62,741 nucleotides of DNA, filler included, from Thelocarpon superellum (GCA_026025795.1; 16 parts of 16 records of this genome joined end to end with filler, not necessarily neighbours in it), one strand, 5' to 3'. Counted from the whole stretch's first letter, positions 26,118-39,755 are shown. Made by a program: numbers and translations. The notes: a model not told the origin generated them from the sequence alone.

Positions 26118-28086
26118 CGTGTTCTTGATCGGCGCTGTGGAACGCGAAGCTGAGAGGCGGTCGGGTCAAGGCGAAGCAACTTGCCAGAATCTTGAAAGCT
26201 CACAGCTCACGCGGTGGATGCCAAAGATGAAGGGCCAGTCGAGGCGGGCATGGGTGGGGCCAGCTATGAGATTTATGCAAGGCGGCGCCAAGCATGAACC
26301 TCTTATGACGCCGGACTTGTGAACCAACACACCCCGGCCCGGCGATAGTATAGCTCATGATCTGGAGGGTATAGTGGAGCTGGCGGGGCGCCTCGGGCCA
26401 ACAGCGGTCACGACCACGAGAGACAGTGATATAGGTCTCTGTGGACGGCTGGTGGTGGTGCGCCACCGCCTTCGGCTTCATCTGGTACGATGAAGAGTCT
26501 AAGCATGGCCCCGCAGTGGACGGGCTTGTGCAGCTTGTGCAGCGGCCTTCGCCCGTGCCGCGCCGACGACGGGACGAAGCTATGAGTTGGAGGTGCCGGC
26601 ACGCCGGTGGCGTCGATAGGCCCCGTCTGATCGGCCTCTGAGTTCGCATGGACCACTGCCGTGGGGGAGCCAGGCGGGGGGGGGCCAAGGCCGGTCCCGC
26701 AATTTGCCCGAACGGTGCCACGCCATGGCAGTGGTCGACGGTGGCCCAAGCGGAGGGCACGGTCCTATCGCCCCTCGCCATCGCTCCTTTTCAAGTGTGG
26801 GCCGGGCGAGACGAGCCTCTACCCCACAGGAACCGGCGATGGAGGAGGCGGAATAGAGTCCAGTAGTGCGTTCCCCAGCCCATGTTGGACCCGCAGAAAT
26901 TCCCCGGCTGATCGTCTCCCATTGCACAACTCCGTCTGGGCTCGCTACCTCTCGGCTAGTTTTCCTTCCAACGGGCCGGATTCGCACTACTTTCACGCAT
27001 CTGTTAGTGTCCTCATGCACAAATCGCATGGTTCATGGCAGGGGTGCATCGGCACTGGCGTCCCTGAATCCGACGCTCATTGGTGATTGGTGCAGTCCTG
27101 TCGCTATCGTCGAGATCGTGAGCCGTGTCGGCGGGCCCAGGTGCATGGATAGCGAACTAGACTCTGGATTATCCATAACAACGCTGCGTGCGACCCCGCC
27201 AAGCCAACAAAGTCGACGAGCCGACCTACGGTGGACGGGGATTTAATGCAGATCCCGTTGACACTGCATAACTCTCTAGTCAGGGATCTCGCGACCTGCA
27301 AGTGAGCATGTGCTCGCTTCTAGTCAAGGCACACCTCTCCTCTATCTCGTCGTTTTGCCCAGTTGTGCTTGCGTGCTTGGCCACTAGCTTGGCTAGTTCC
27401 CCACGGGACGGGAGAGATGGCCTGGCCATACATCCATGGCTCCGACCCACCGATTGCAGTGACTGCTTTGTACGGGCGGATGATAATGAACTGGGGCTTG
27501 ATGATCGGATGTCTCGATCTCAAGGCCATTCCTTCGTCTCTTGCTCTGGAGCGAGGATGTCCTATCACCTGTGCTCGTGCAGAGCCTATCATGTCCGTGG
27601 CATGGTGAGCACAGGTCATCAGAGCGCAGCGCTTCTCTCCGGCGGGATCGCAGGACCAATCCGCCCTTGTACAACAGTGGTCGGTGAGTCCCATCGCCTG
27701 GTGAGCATCCCCGTGAGGTCTGTAGGCATCGATCATATCAACATACACTACAGACGGCCAATGAAAGCGATGGGGCGCTTCCCAAGGATTATCATGTCCA
27801 CTACTCCCGCCAAGAACAACAGAGCCGTCGAGACCGGATTTAATCACGTGATCATCTTCTCGATTACTCATCCTACTGAGCCTTCGGTCTCAGAGCGACC
27901 GGCGTTGCTATGGCGCGGCGCGAGCGTCGACGTCAGACCACAGGAAACCTGGTGGCGGGGAAATGTGGCAGGGACTCGTACTCGTAACTTGGACCAAGCA
28001 AGCAACGTCGCACCAATTTCCGGTTCACGGTTCCCTGCTACATCATCGTCAAGTACAAGTAGTTCATCTCCAAGCGCCCGCACGAT

Positions 28087-28186
28087 NNNNNNNNNNNNNN
28101 NNNNNNNNNNNNNNNNNNNNNNNNNNNNNNTTAATTAATTAANNNNNNNNNNNNNNNNNNNNNNNNNNNNNNNNNNNNNNNNNNNN
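28087..28186. other. Artificial contig spacer
   Basis: N-flanked TTAATTAATTAA. Confidence 0.98.
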
Positions 28187-28229
28187 GAAGTGGGGAATTC
28201 GCCCTTCAAGTTCATCCGCATTGCGTTCC

Positions 28230-31200
28230 TCATCCCGATGCCATCTCTCTCCGAAAGCGCTGCAATTCTTGCAAGCACACCGTGGCAGCGATCCATCGGA
28301 AAGAGTACAATATGTCTCGGTCCTTCCTCGAGGCCATCTTAGGCCGCACCGTCCGCTCATCCTGCCATAACGAGAGACAGGCGACGCTCCGCTCGAGCGA
28401 TTCCTCTCGCTGGCTATCTTCATTGGCGATCTCGGCCATGATGGACGACACCAACGAGTCATATTCTGCGTCTATGGCTCAGCAGACCTTCTCTTGGGTA
28501 GTGCAGCATGACCGAGAGGGGTTTTACCTTCATGCATACTCTTGGAGGCCTCGCGTTGGCGCTTCCCCATGCGTTGTTGCTCTTTGCCCACGACATGGCC
28601 AATGAACACTTCCACCTCCGTCAGGGCCGCGGTTGATGGTCGCGCGGCGTATTGATACATGAGATCCACGACGGTGTCCTCATATCTGCGCGTCACGTCA
28701 GTAAGGTCCGCGTGGAGAGGGCCAAGAGCAATCCATGTACAAAGCCTTGACCTCTTTGGCCATTTCAACGTGATGCCGCCATTGGAAGCCGGCCGTTTCC
28801 CGCTGCACATGCGCCCAGAGTTGGCGCACGACGTGACCGCCTTTGCGCTCGCTCGCCTGCATCGACGTCTTCAGATCCTCGAGGAAGTCCCGCTCGTCAA
28901 TCGCGCGATAGAGATGGCCGAGAGTTTTCTCGCTCTTGTAATATCTGATCCGAGGCCCGTCACCATCCTCCTCCTCCTCGCCCGGCCGATCCAGCTCGAG
29001 CAGGGAAATGTCTTCGGCCACATGCACCCGAGGGCTGGGAGACATGAAGTCCGGTCGGAGATTCTGGTACTTGGGAATACGAGTAATGTCTGCCTATGGA
29101 TCCACGGATTAGTTGGCACATTCAGGATGAAAAGGGACATCACGCACTGGTCTGCCGGACTTGGAGAAATCTACAGCGGTGGAGTGAAGCTCGGCGAGGG
29201 TCAAGCAATCTGGGTGACTAGTTCCCTCATCTTTGTGGTCGGCGATGGCCTGGTGGAGGATTGCGATGCGGCCCAGCTGGTCCTGTTGCATGAAGGTGAG
29301 GAAGAAGTCGATAATGTCGGCTTTCTGCACCGGCCGGTCGAGCAGTGACTCCTGCGTGCGTGGATACTCGGCCGGCTCGTAGAGGCGCGCCGGCCTCAGG
29401 CGTGCATCGTAAATGACATGATATAGGTCTCCGTCGAGATCGCCTCCGCTGAGCTTGCTTGGAAGGTCACGGACGCCATGTTGGCTGAACACAACGCAGT
29501 TATGGAGCCACTCGAGCGGTGAGCCGGCGGGAACGTCGACGGCATGGACCATCTGCACATCGCCCGGATGAAGGGCGGGCGCTCGGGTGATGACGACATT
29601 GTTTTGCACCAACACTTCTCGACGGCCCGCCTCCGTTATGACCGGGCAATAAATCTCGTCTTCTTGGAGGACGCCGGTCTCGTCCATGATACCGTAGAGC
29701 GTCCAGCCCTGCTCGACCAAGATTCGCGAGCGATATTTCAAGTCACGCAGTCGGACGAGGAAAGCGAGCTCGACGGCGCGGCGGAGGAAATCATCGTCGG
29801 AAAAGTGACCGCCCAGACGGTGAAGCTCTCGGAGCAGCCAGGGGAGCCGGATCGAGCTGGGCAGATTCAGACGCTCGAGGAACGCGGCCGCGGCTAGCGG
29901 CGTCGAGCTGGCTTTGCGGAGACGATCGATCTCGTCCTGCTGCAAGTGCATGAAGTTTTGCTGAGGTACCCCCAGATCCTCAAGGATCTTGATGAATTGC
30001 CGATTCAGAAAACACGGCAGCGGTCGAAGGCCGGATCCACAGATCTCCACATTCCAAGACCCGACCGCGTCGAATTTGATCATCGAGCGCCGTACCCGAA
30101 GATCATCTCCCACCATGGTACTATCTAGTGAGATCATGCCTTTGGCTCCTATCGGGGCGATGCAAGATGAGCAACGCCTCGTCTTCAATCAGCTCGGGGA
30201 GCCGAGACACTCACCGGCCACCCGGACCTGAAAGACCGTTGGCTTGACCAGTGCCCGAACTGCGTACTCATCGCAGAGCCGGTCCCAGAAGGCCATTGAA
30301 AGTGTGCCGACGCCATCACTGAAGATCCGTTCATGTCCCCGAACGTTTGTCTTGATGTCCTTCACGACAGACACTCGGCGTAAATCGATAGCAATGGACG
30401 TGTGCGTTTCGGATAACGTCTGCCCGATCCTGGCTGCGTACTTTGCCGGCGAGCGGATCCGAGTGAAGTCGCCCAACAATGGAATGATGCTTATGGCGTT
30501 GATGTCTTCACCCCGCTCCGAGGTGAAGGGAGCGACGAACCAGCAAAGATGCGCACGCAGGGACGAGTGTGAGAAACCAAGGAATTCGAAATGTTGGTCG
30601 CCAATTCGAATGCCATCTCGGAGCACTCCTTGGAAGCGTCGCCAAAAGACCTCTTCCAACGACGCGTTTCGATCGAAAGTCATGGAATCCCCCGTCTCTT
30701 CGCAGAACTCGACGCGCAAGAATTTGTCGGCATGGGCGCGGTACTGCCGTAGCACGCGGTTCATGGACTCCGGATATGGGCCGTCGAGATAGATACCCAC
30801 CGGCGTCACCATGACGCGATGGATTAAGAGCATATTCGCATTTCCCCGGGATCCTCGCCGCTGGTAAACGCCTGTGCCGAGGGTTTCATTGGCTTTGAAC
30901 ATTTGGTCCGTCAGCGCTGTGGTCGTGAAAGCGTCTGCATCCGTGCCAGGGCCACAGTATTCCAAGTCCTTTGCAAACTTGCGGAGAACTTTGGGGGCGT
31001 GGTCCGCTCCAGCTTGTCCGACTAGTTGACGGATGGCAGGGAAGAGCTCCGACGCTTTCCCTGGGGGTAGGATGCCATTGTCCACCAGCATCTGGGCTTG
31101 ATACTTCACTTGGTACGGCCACGGTTGTGCCGCAAGCAGGCTGTGAAAACTTGCCAGTTGCCCGAGATAGAGGATACGGGGTTGCATGGTCCGGGTCGGA

Positions 31201-32023
31201 TGGTGGCTGAAAGTGGGAATTTGTCGCTCTCTCTTCAAAGCATTGATGGGCTGCAGGTCGGTTTGGTGTTGTAGCATGATACGGTAGATGAAGGCTGTGG
31301 CGGTGACGCCATGTTCGTCGTGGCCCAGCTTGGTGACCCTTTTCTTGACCGATTTAGTGCCGGTCATGAGCTCTTCCAACGAGGACAGGGATCCGGTCTG
31401 AAAGAACTTAGGTGCTACGGTCGCGGTGATGGTCAGATGTGGCGCTGCTCCTCCTGCCAAGAAGATAGGGCCCGTCATGCTGGCGTAGTCCAGCTCGACG
31501 TGTTCCGTGGGCGTGACCCAGCCGGGCGACTCCAATTTCACCGCCAGGTGTGTCCGTCGGAAGGCGATGATACCCTTCCGTCGGATCTCCAGATGCGATG
31601 TGAAGACCGCATCGGCCGCGTCAAAGTCCCAGACCCCGCAACACAGGCCGGCAACGGCAAAGGACTTTTGCAAGACCGGGGCTTCTTGGACCGCAGGCTT
31701 GCGTGCACGCTCCTGGCGCGCAAGCTCTTCCTCGTGGAGATGCTGGAGAAGGATTTTATCGGGCGGATTCTTTGTACTTTTGGTGAGGCGGATACAGCGT
31801 CCGGCCATTCGGACCGGCACTGGGGGGAGCGACCCTCTGCACGGATCGCCATGACGATCCAGCACCTGTTTGGCCTTGCCCTCATCCAGTATCGTCAGCA
31901 CGGCAAACTTTGCGCCACGCTTTGTGCAATGGAAGGTGTGGATGGGAATTTTCTCCAAATGCGGGGTCAATGAGGTCCTCAACTGCTTCTCGGACGCCTC
32001 CGCGGGGATATTCCGGATGAATA
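28230..32023 (-). CDS. Cellular RNA-dependent RNA polymerase (RNAi RdRP), nearly complete; 5 exons; only the first codons appear missing
   Basis: FLGFSHSSLRAH, PAKYAARIGQ, FSDGVG, FQVRVAG/AKG, GIMDETG, RAPALHPGD, catalytic SGGDLDGDLY, LHSTAVDFSKSG, RPDFM; introns 30149-30214, 29094-29147 and two more near 28690-28740 and 28470-28525. Confidence 0.96.
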
Positions 32024-32123
32024 NNNNNNNNNNNNNNNNNNNNNNNNNNNNNNNNNNNNNNNNNNNNTTAATTAATTAANNNNNNNNNNNNNNNNNNNNN
32101 NNNNNNNNNNNNNNNNNNNNNNN
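32024..32123. other. Artificial contig spacer
   Basis: N44-TTAATTAATTAA-N44. Confidence 0.98.
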
Positions 32124-33161
32124 CCTCCTCCTCCTCCAACACCTTTTCGTCCGATCTCGCCGCCGTGGTGAATCTGCTCAAGGACGACGTGGCGGCCTAC
32201 GTGATTCTTCGGCGCTACCCGAATGCTCCCGATGGATACGTCGCCGTCACCTACGTCCCAGACCACGCCAAGGTACGGCAGAAGACGCTGTTTGCCTCTA
32301 CGAGGTTGACGCTGGTACGAGAATTGGGAACGGAACGGTTTCGGGAGACCTTGTTCGCCACGCGACGCGAGGAGTTGAGCGCCGATGGGTTCCAAAAGCA
32401 TGACAAGCATGAGGAACAGTACGTTTGGTCTACTCTAGACCAGAGGGTGGTGGGGGAGCAGACGAATGCTGACCCGTGAATGACAGGAAGGCACCCCTGA
32501 CCCAAGAGGAGCAGACGCTTCAAGAAGTGCGCGAGGCCGAGGCGGCCGCCAGTCAGGGGACTTCGGCACGGTCCAGTCATGTCAGCAGTGGTCTCAGCTT
32601 CCCCATCACCGACGACGCAATCAGCGCACTGAAGGGGCTGGATGTAGGACGTCACAACCTGGTGCAATTGGTACGCTTATTCACTTGGCAGCGCAGTGAG
32701 CAGATGGCTAACGAAGATCAGAAAATCAACGTGGCTGATGAAAAGGTCGAACTCGCAGACACCAGCTCGACGGACGCAGAGAAGGTGGCCAGCACGATCT
32801 CGGGGACGGAACCACGATATTCCTTTTTCAGGTACCAGCACGAGTTTGACGGGAAGGAAGAGTCACCCGTGGTCTTTATCTATACCTGTCCGGAATCCTC
32901 CAAGGTGAAGGAACGGATGTTGTACGCCTCATCGAGAGCGGGGATCATCAGCACGGCATCGAGTGAGGCAGGACTGACCGTGGTCAAAAAAGTGAGTAGA
33001 GCAAATCGGCGAGGCCCATCAGAATACTGAAAGGTGTCGATACACAGCTCGAAGCTTCAAGCCCCGCAGACATAACACCCGCGACCATTCACGAAGAGTT
33101 CCATCCCCGCGTTGAACAAAAGGCAGCATTTGCCAGGCCGCGACGGCCCGGCAGGAAATAG
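32124..33161 (+). CDS. TWF1: Twinfilin (two ADF-H domains), 5' partial, spliced
   Basis: TYVPDHAKVRQKTLFASTRLTLVRELG; APLTQEE linker; FIYTCPESSKVKERMLYASSR; C-terminal FARPRRPGRK*. Confidence 0.93.
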
Positions 33162-34196
33162 GGAATTGCGGGACGCGAAAAGATGTGACGAAGTAGTGAT
33201 GAAAGGATCCGCCGCCACGTATTGTACAGGGCTCAGGTCGATATCTAGAAGCGCCCGCCTCTGAAGATCATCCACGATACCTCTGTGCACATGTGATGTT
33301 CGAGAGTATTGATCAAACATTGAACTGCGCCGAAGTATTGGCTGGTGGCCACAGGGTAAACTTGAAGATCGTCGCCCGACCCTGCCCGGTTCTTTCCGCA
33401 CCTCGGCAAGTCGAAAATGATCCGGAGATTGTCGGGAGCTTCGGGGCTTGGGGAGCACGAGTACTCGTGCGTCTCGCACGCCTCGCACGCCTCGGTACTG
33501 CCCCGCTACCGAAGCTTTGACGCTTGCAGCCTTCGCTTGTTCACATGCTCATCGCTTGGCTGACGAGAGGGCGAGAGAGAGGGGCGATGGCGGCGCCAGA
33601 CGGTCAAGAGGGCCGGGCACGGATTAGATCACGAATCCCGTTGTTGCTGCTTGGATGGTCCCTCGACCCTGGTCGTCATGTGGATCTTCCAGAGGAGCAA
33701 TGGAAGGACCTCTACCGTGTTCAGTGATCGTCCCTCGGACTGCAATTCAAGGTCTCTCCGGTGACAGCTCCTAGGCATACAGTTCCATGCCAATGCCGAG
33801 CTGATCGTCAGGCCCTCCGTCCGTCTCGTCCCTTCCGCTCGTCCTACCGCCGATTCCCCACATTCATCGCCCTAGCCATCTGACGCACGGCACTATACCT
33901 TCTTTTTGGTCCAGCACCATTCCGGCCCTGTACCTGAGGGGCTTCCCTTCCAGAACCGCGGATCACGCTCGGACCTTGACTTTCTCTCATAACCAGTTGT
34001 GCCGCCTCTGCCTTTTGACCACACTTTTGCCTCAGCACCCGGACTACTCGGAGGTTCAAAAAAGTCTTGGCCGTGACTTGGTCCAGCCAGTGCCTCTCGT
34101 CGATCCGTATCCCACTACGCTGTTGCGGACACCCACGTTCTGCCGCATGCACGCGAGCACACGCGAGCACAAACACGCTGGACGGTGTTGCCCGTC

Positions 34197-35567
34197 ATGT
34201 CGGCGAGCAATGTTCGAGGGTCCAGTGGAAAGAAGCCAGCGTCAGCGGCTACCAATTTAATAGGTGGGCGGCCACAGGTCTGCCCCGTCACTCGGTCGAA
34301 TGCTTACAAGAGGAATAGCGGGAGGTGGAGCCGGAATGATGGAAGCTCTCGTGTGTCATCCATTGGGTATGAAACATTGGAGAGGTGTGGACTAGAGAGG
34401 CTAACTCGGCCTGCCCGGCCTCAGATACCATCAAAGTGCGAATGCAGCTGTCGCGTCGTGCGCGCATGCCAGGGGTAGGTGCGATCCACGGCAGGTCGTG
34501 GTCAAGGCTGACGTGGAATAATTCAGACCAAAAAGCGCGGCTTCATCACCACGGGGGCGGAGATTGTCAAACGAGAGACCCCGCTAGGATTGTACAAAGG
34601 ACTTGGGGCCGTCGTCACGGGCATCGTGCCCAAGATGGCAATTCGATTCAGTTCGTTTGAATGGTACAAGGGGCTGTTGGCGGACAAGACGACGGGGAAT
34701 GTCAAGGGCCGGTCGACATTCTTGGGTATGGCTGCACCCTGCCGTAGTCGGACGATTGGAAAGATCGCTAACTCTCCTCTACAGCCGGTCTGGCAGCGGG
34801 CGTCACGGAAGCCGTAGCGGTGGTGACGCCGATGGAAGTGGTGAAGATTCGATTACAGGCGCAGCATCACTCGATGGCCGATCCCTTGGACATTCCCAAG
34901 TACCGCAACGCCGCACATGCGCTATATACCGTGGTGAAGGAAGAGGGAGTGGGGGCATTGTACCGAGGAGTATCCTTGACGGCCTTGCGACAGGGGACGA
35001 ATCAAGCGGGTGAGCTACCTTGCCCGTCCCATCTCTCTCCCCCCACCCTTCAACCTTCAAACTGACGAGTGGCACGACCAACCCAGTGAACTTCACCGCC
35101 TACACGAAGTTCAAAGAGATCCTCCAGAACCTCCAGCCTGCATATCACGAGAAGGAGCTGCCGTCGTACCAAACGATGCTGATTGGGCTGGTATCAGGAG
35201 CGATGGGTCCATTATCCAACGCGCCCATTGACACGATCAGTATGCCCCCCACATTTCTTCCCAACACAAGCGCAGCTGCTTCACATGATGATGGAGTGGA
35301 TGCGTGCAGTCGAATGCTAACGTGGGGTCAGAAACACGACTCCAGAAAACGCCCGCCGCGCCAGGCGAAACAGCCGTATCCCGCATCGTCAGCATCGCAC
35401 GCGACATGTTCAAGCAGGAAGGCGTGCACGCGTTCTACAAGGGCATCACGCCGCGGATCATGCGCGTTGCGCCCGGCCAGGCAGTCACGTTCACGGTGTA
35501 CGAGTTCCTCAAGGAGAAACTGGAGGGGAGGAGCTGGTCGCTCAAGGGCGGGGATTACGAGGAGTGA
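34197..35567 (+). CDS. SFC1: Mitochondrial succinate/fumarate carrier (Sfc1/Acr1, AcuL-like), multi-exon
   Basis: ATNLI/AGGGAGMMEALVCHPL/DTIKVRMQLSRR, GIVPKMAIRF, VTPMEVVKIRLQAQHHSMADP, RQGTNQA, NAPIDTI/KTRLQK, RVAPGQAVTFTVYE; three PxD/ExxK carrier signatures. Confidence 0.94.
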
Positions 35568-35893
35568 TGGTGATGCATCATTGTACCATTTCATCATCAC
35601 CGAACATGGCAGGGCAAGCTCTGCTCGTCTCGAGCGGTCTAGTGATGCCTCGTGGGATGAATGGGAGGATAGGAGAGGGGAGGGGAGGGAGACATGATTC
35701 GATATCCGGGCACGGAATCAAGCAGTCATGGAAGATATCACCCGCGTCTTTCTCTTTCTTTTCTTCCCTTCCTTCTCCATCAAATGACTGCAGTGGGCAT
35801 GGCAGTCGCAACAATGATTCATGCCAATGCCAATGTCAATGCCGATGACTGGTACTCTTATCCTAACCTGACCCGACGCAACCTAACCTAACC

Positions 35894-35993
35894 NNNNNNN
35901 NNNNNNNNNNNNNNNNNNNNNNNNNNNNNNNNNNNNNTTAATTAATTAANNNNNNNNNNNNNNNNNNNNNNNNNNNNNNNNNNNNNNNNNNNN
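35894..35993. other. Artificial contig spacer
   Basis: N44-TTAATTAATTAA-N44. Confidence 0.98.
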
Positions 35994-36018
35994 TGTAGAG
36001 GTGTCAGGGGGACATTAC

Positions 36019-37221
36019 CTCCTCATTTGCCTTGGCTACCTTGACGCCCAGTCCGAAGCCAATGAGGAGGAGGAGCAGGCCAAGCAGCTGTAAAGACACG
36101 TGCACCCAGATGATCCGGGGCGAGTGGAAGACACGCATCGTCAGCGCAGCCGCAGGGAAGATGACGACGATGACCAGGCTCATGACTAGGCCGTGCGCGA
36201 GCGTGCTCATCTCAGGCGTGTCTCCACTCTCCTCGTCACCCGAGGAAGAGCCATAGCTGGTGGTCGAGAGGGGCGAGGAGTCGCTCGAGGAGTTAGCGGA
36301 TGTAGATGTGGATTCAGATGGAGAGTGATAGGCTTGAGAATTAGAGGGTGGAGATGTGGATGGGTGGTTGGATGGAGAATTGGGTGACGGGGCCGTCGAT
36401 GCGCTACCGAATGGATTCAAGCTGCTGCCGCCCGCGGCCTTGGTGAGATCAAAGGTCATCTGGCCAAAGTCGTCGTGTTGATCGATCTTCGCGTTGGGGT
36501 CGCTGCTATGGAGCGGGGACCCTTCCTTGACGGCCCAGATCCAATTGGACGAGGTCGATTTGGGATCGAGAGTGCCGCTGCCCCATTTCTGACAGCTCGA
36601 GCCTTCATCGCGGACAAGTCAGCGGATGATGGAGTGGACAAATGACGGAGCAATGAGTGATGGCATGTCATGGAGAACGAGCAAATGGAAGATTGCCGGG
36701 TGACGAGGATGACGATGGTGGTGGTGGTGGTGGTGGTGGTGGTGGTGTACATACATTTGACATTCGCCACCATCAGACCATTCGAGATGCCTGACCCGGA
36801 AAGCAGAGTGACCTTTGCGGTGGAATCGAACGAAGGCTGGCTGTGCCCGGTGCCCGCACGCGGCGAAATCGTGACATTGGAGCCGGAATCATCGGCGTAG
36901 ATGACAAAGATGTTAGAGCCGGACATGCTACTGCCTTGGCCCAGCGCCGCCCATTGCAGCGTTGAGGGCGCGCTGATCTGGAAGAAGATGTCGCCCGCGC
37001 CCGACTGCACCGTGGCCGCCGGCACGTTGACGCCATAGCACAGGCCCGATTGATCCGGTGGGCAATATTTGGTCTCTTGCGCCAGCGCGGTCCATACTGC
37101 GACGTGCATGCGTGAGCTACGACCTCTCACTCGTCTCACTCCTCACTCCTCACTCCTCTCCCTCGTGCATTCGTGGGTGGTACCTACCGAAGCAAATCAC
37201 ACCGAAAAGAGAGCGATACAT
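36019..37221 (-). CDS. Signal peptide + DOMON (CDH-cytochrome-like) domain + Ser/Pro linker + cytochrome b561 membrane domain; 3' partial
   Basis: Spliced signal MYRSLFGVICF/VWTALA-QE; DIFFQISAP, WAALGQGSSMSGSNIFVIY, VTISPR, WIWA, IDQHD (Met/His heme-ligand positions); AHGLVM and WVHVSLQ helices. Confidence 0.88.
36716..36747. repeat. (GTG)n microsatellite inside an intron of the DOMON-b561 gene
   Basis: About 10 GTG units. Confidence 0.9.
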
Positions 37222-37942
37222 GGTGACGGGTCGTTCAACGATCAGATCAGCCGTGACAGAAAGAAGAGGGCATGATGTTCAGATGACGAGTGTGTTGAGC
37301 ATCAAGCATCGACAAGTGCAACGCGACCGACGGCCAACGGCGGGCGCCCTGGATTGCCCCAGCCTCATATACTTGCATGGTCCTACCACCACCACCTCCG
37401 TCCATCGCTCGTGGTACTGTTCCATCTTGCCGCCATGCTCCGACTTCCGTGTTCGTGTGGAGATTCGCCTCGTTCCCGCTAACCAGATGAGACGTGGAGA
37501 TGGGAAGGGTGGCGTTTCAGAGCCCCGTCAACCCCTGGTTGGCCCATCGCGATGAGCGTGTGACCGCGCCAATGAACCCGTCACTGAAACTAGACGGACA
37601 TGAGCAAGGACGACTGTCTCCAAACGTATAAGACCACCACCCCGGTTCAAGCTCGCCTTCGCCGAGGGAGCAGGTATGGTGTCGGCCACATGGGACTACC
37701 ATAGTTTGGTGTTGAGGTGATCGACGAGGGCGCACCGCTACGGTTGCTGTTGCTCGTGCCGTGCCGCTGTGCGTCCTGCGGCCTGTGTTTTGTGGCCGAC
37801 TCAGGCGAGTCGAGGCGGGGCCAGACGAGACCAACTGGGCGCCACCATCTTACCTCGACCAATGTTGGTGGTGGCAACTCCGTAGGGGGCCGCCGGGCCT
37901 CGGGTCGGGGACCCTACCGAGGGGCCTCCGTACCGAGACCAC

Positions 37943-37999
37943 GGAACGCGGAACGCGGAACGCGGAACGAGCGTGCGAGGAACGAAGAACGAAGAACGA
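37943..37999. repeat. Intergenic 7-mer repeats (GGAACGC)x4 and (GAACGAA)x3
   Basis: Directly visible. Confidence 0.8.
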
Positions 38000-38442
38000 G
38001 CAGCCAGTGACGAAGCTAGATAGTATCTACTGAACCCGGTAGCAGCTTCATGCTAGTGACGCCACACTTTACGATGCTGCCATGCTTAAGCTGACTCCTG
38101 GCATTGGTCTACCAAGTCAATGCCGCTGAATAGACCTGCGAGATGCGCAATAGTCCAGCCGCTAGCCCCCCTTCGCGGACGATACAGAACCATGCAATGC
38201 ATTCCGCGGTACGGCCAGCGCTCTTCACCCTTCCACAACCGTCAAAGTGGTCGTCTTGTCTCAGTCTCTTCGCAGCTCAACCGGTACAACGCCAATACCC
38301 GGAGATAACACACCGGTTGCGTGGAATCGCTTGAGCAGTGGGGAAGCAATGGAAGACATGGCCAGCCACATGGCTACGCATGCAATCGAACGCTCACTGG
38401 CACGGGCTAGGTCTTTCACAATTCTATTTTGATCTATTTTGA

Positions 38443-39755
38443 TCAGCCATTCTGGCCGACTAAGTTCTGAGCGCCAGGCGTAGACGTGGACATGACCGTC
38501 GACGTCGGCGGATGGAGCGTCGCTTGGCTGGGTGTCTGGAGCGTCTCTTCGGCGGGTGGTGTCTCTGGTGCGTTGGTCGCAGGGGCTTCCTCATCCTTGG
38601 AGAAGGATGTCATGGATGTGGTGCTGTCGACGCGCTCGAAGGGGCTCTTGGCATTCTCGTGCGGGTTGTCGTGATTCGAGGACGCCAGCGGGATTGATTT
38701 ACTGCCGAGCCACGATCGCTTGTGGCTTGCATTTGAGGTCACGCCGTAGCTGGGCCGCAGGCGATTGGACCCGGTATCCACACGCGTCACGCTGAAGACA
38801 TGGTTGAGCACTGGGAGGCGACCGAGCTTGGACGCCACGGGCCGCAATGTCGGCAGACACGCACACACGATGCCCAAGTTCACTTCCACCTCCGACCATA
38901 TCGTTGGGGCATATCCAGTCCCTGCGGTCCGTTAGCGAAGGTGAGCGTGGAGCCCGCGCGAAACGGGTCACGTACACAGTGGGTCATTGGTGAACAACAA
39001 TTGCATGTTTGGCAGTCGAATGATGCTGGCGATGCAGACACTGTTGTGTCGTTAGCAGCCAAACATCCTGCGCGACTGGGATGACATACAAGCCACCGAG
39101 CATGAAGATCAAAGACAGCGCGACACGTTGCTTCCTGGAAACCTGCAACCTCCAGACCAGAGGCATGGGCATGACCAGGACGAGGAAATCCGTCAAGAGC
39201 GTGAGAGCCCCGCCACACATAATCAAGCGATACTCATTGATACAAGTCCCGTCTTGCTCCTTGTTCCAGTAAAAGCTGATGGGCGTGCACACGAAGATGG
39301 CTGGAATAGACAGGGCGAGCCACGCGCACACCAACAGGGCCAGCATCGCGTTGGCCATCCGCCGGAATCCTTGCGTCGGAAAGATGCGACGATAGAAGAG
39401 CACGATGGCGATCTTGGTGGGAAGGAGGGCGCAACTGTAGAGGATGTTCAAGACATAATGCATCTGTCACCGTCAGCCCCTTGCACCTCTTTCCGCCTAT
39501 CCTCTGCTCCTGCCTACTTTCTCGAGCGCCACAACGTTGTCGAGATCGGCCGCTATCGTATGCTTCCCAAATCCATAACGAATCGCTGGTCCTGCATCAG
39601 CCCCACTGCCGCACGGAACATTCAGCTATGGTGCAGACTCACTCTGGACGCAGCACGCCAAGGACGCGAAGGCGAAGGCCTGGGACGCATGAGTCGGGAA
39701 CAGGCGGGGATTCTCATGGTTAGAACAGGCTGACCTGGGCGAGCAAGACGAACCA
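38443..39755 (-). CDS. Second PTH11-like (fungal rhodopsin-domain) membrane protein, 5' partial
   Basis: YGFGKH, KIAIVLFYRRIF, FVCTPISFYW, TDFLVLVMPMPLVWRLQVSRKQR, EVNLGIVCACLPTLRP. Confidence 0.9.

Noticed and set aside
26200..28086. ORFs of 100-278 aa upstream of the first PTH11-like gene (also 2831-3911)
   Set aside because: No recognisable domains or codon bias; treated as long regulatory/intergenic DNA
28230..32023. RdRP as an endogenous viral element
   Set aside because: It has the DLDGD motif of cellular RdRPs rather than viral GDD, and four spliceosomal introns
35861..35893. (AACCT)n at a contig end as a telomere
   Set aside because: Only about 3 imperfect pentamers, not TTAGGG; similar SSRs end other contigs
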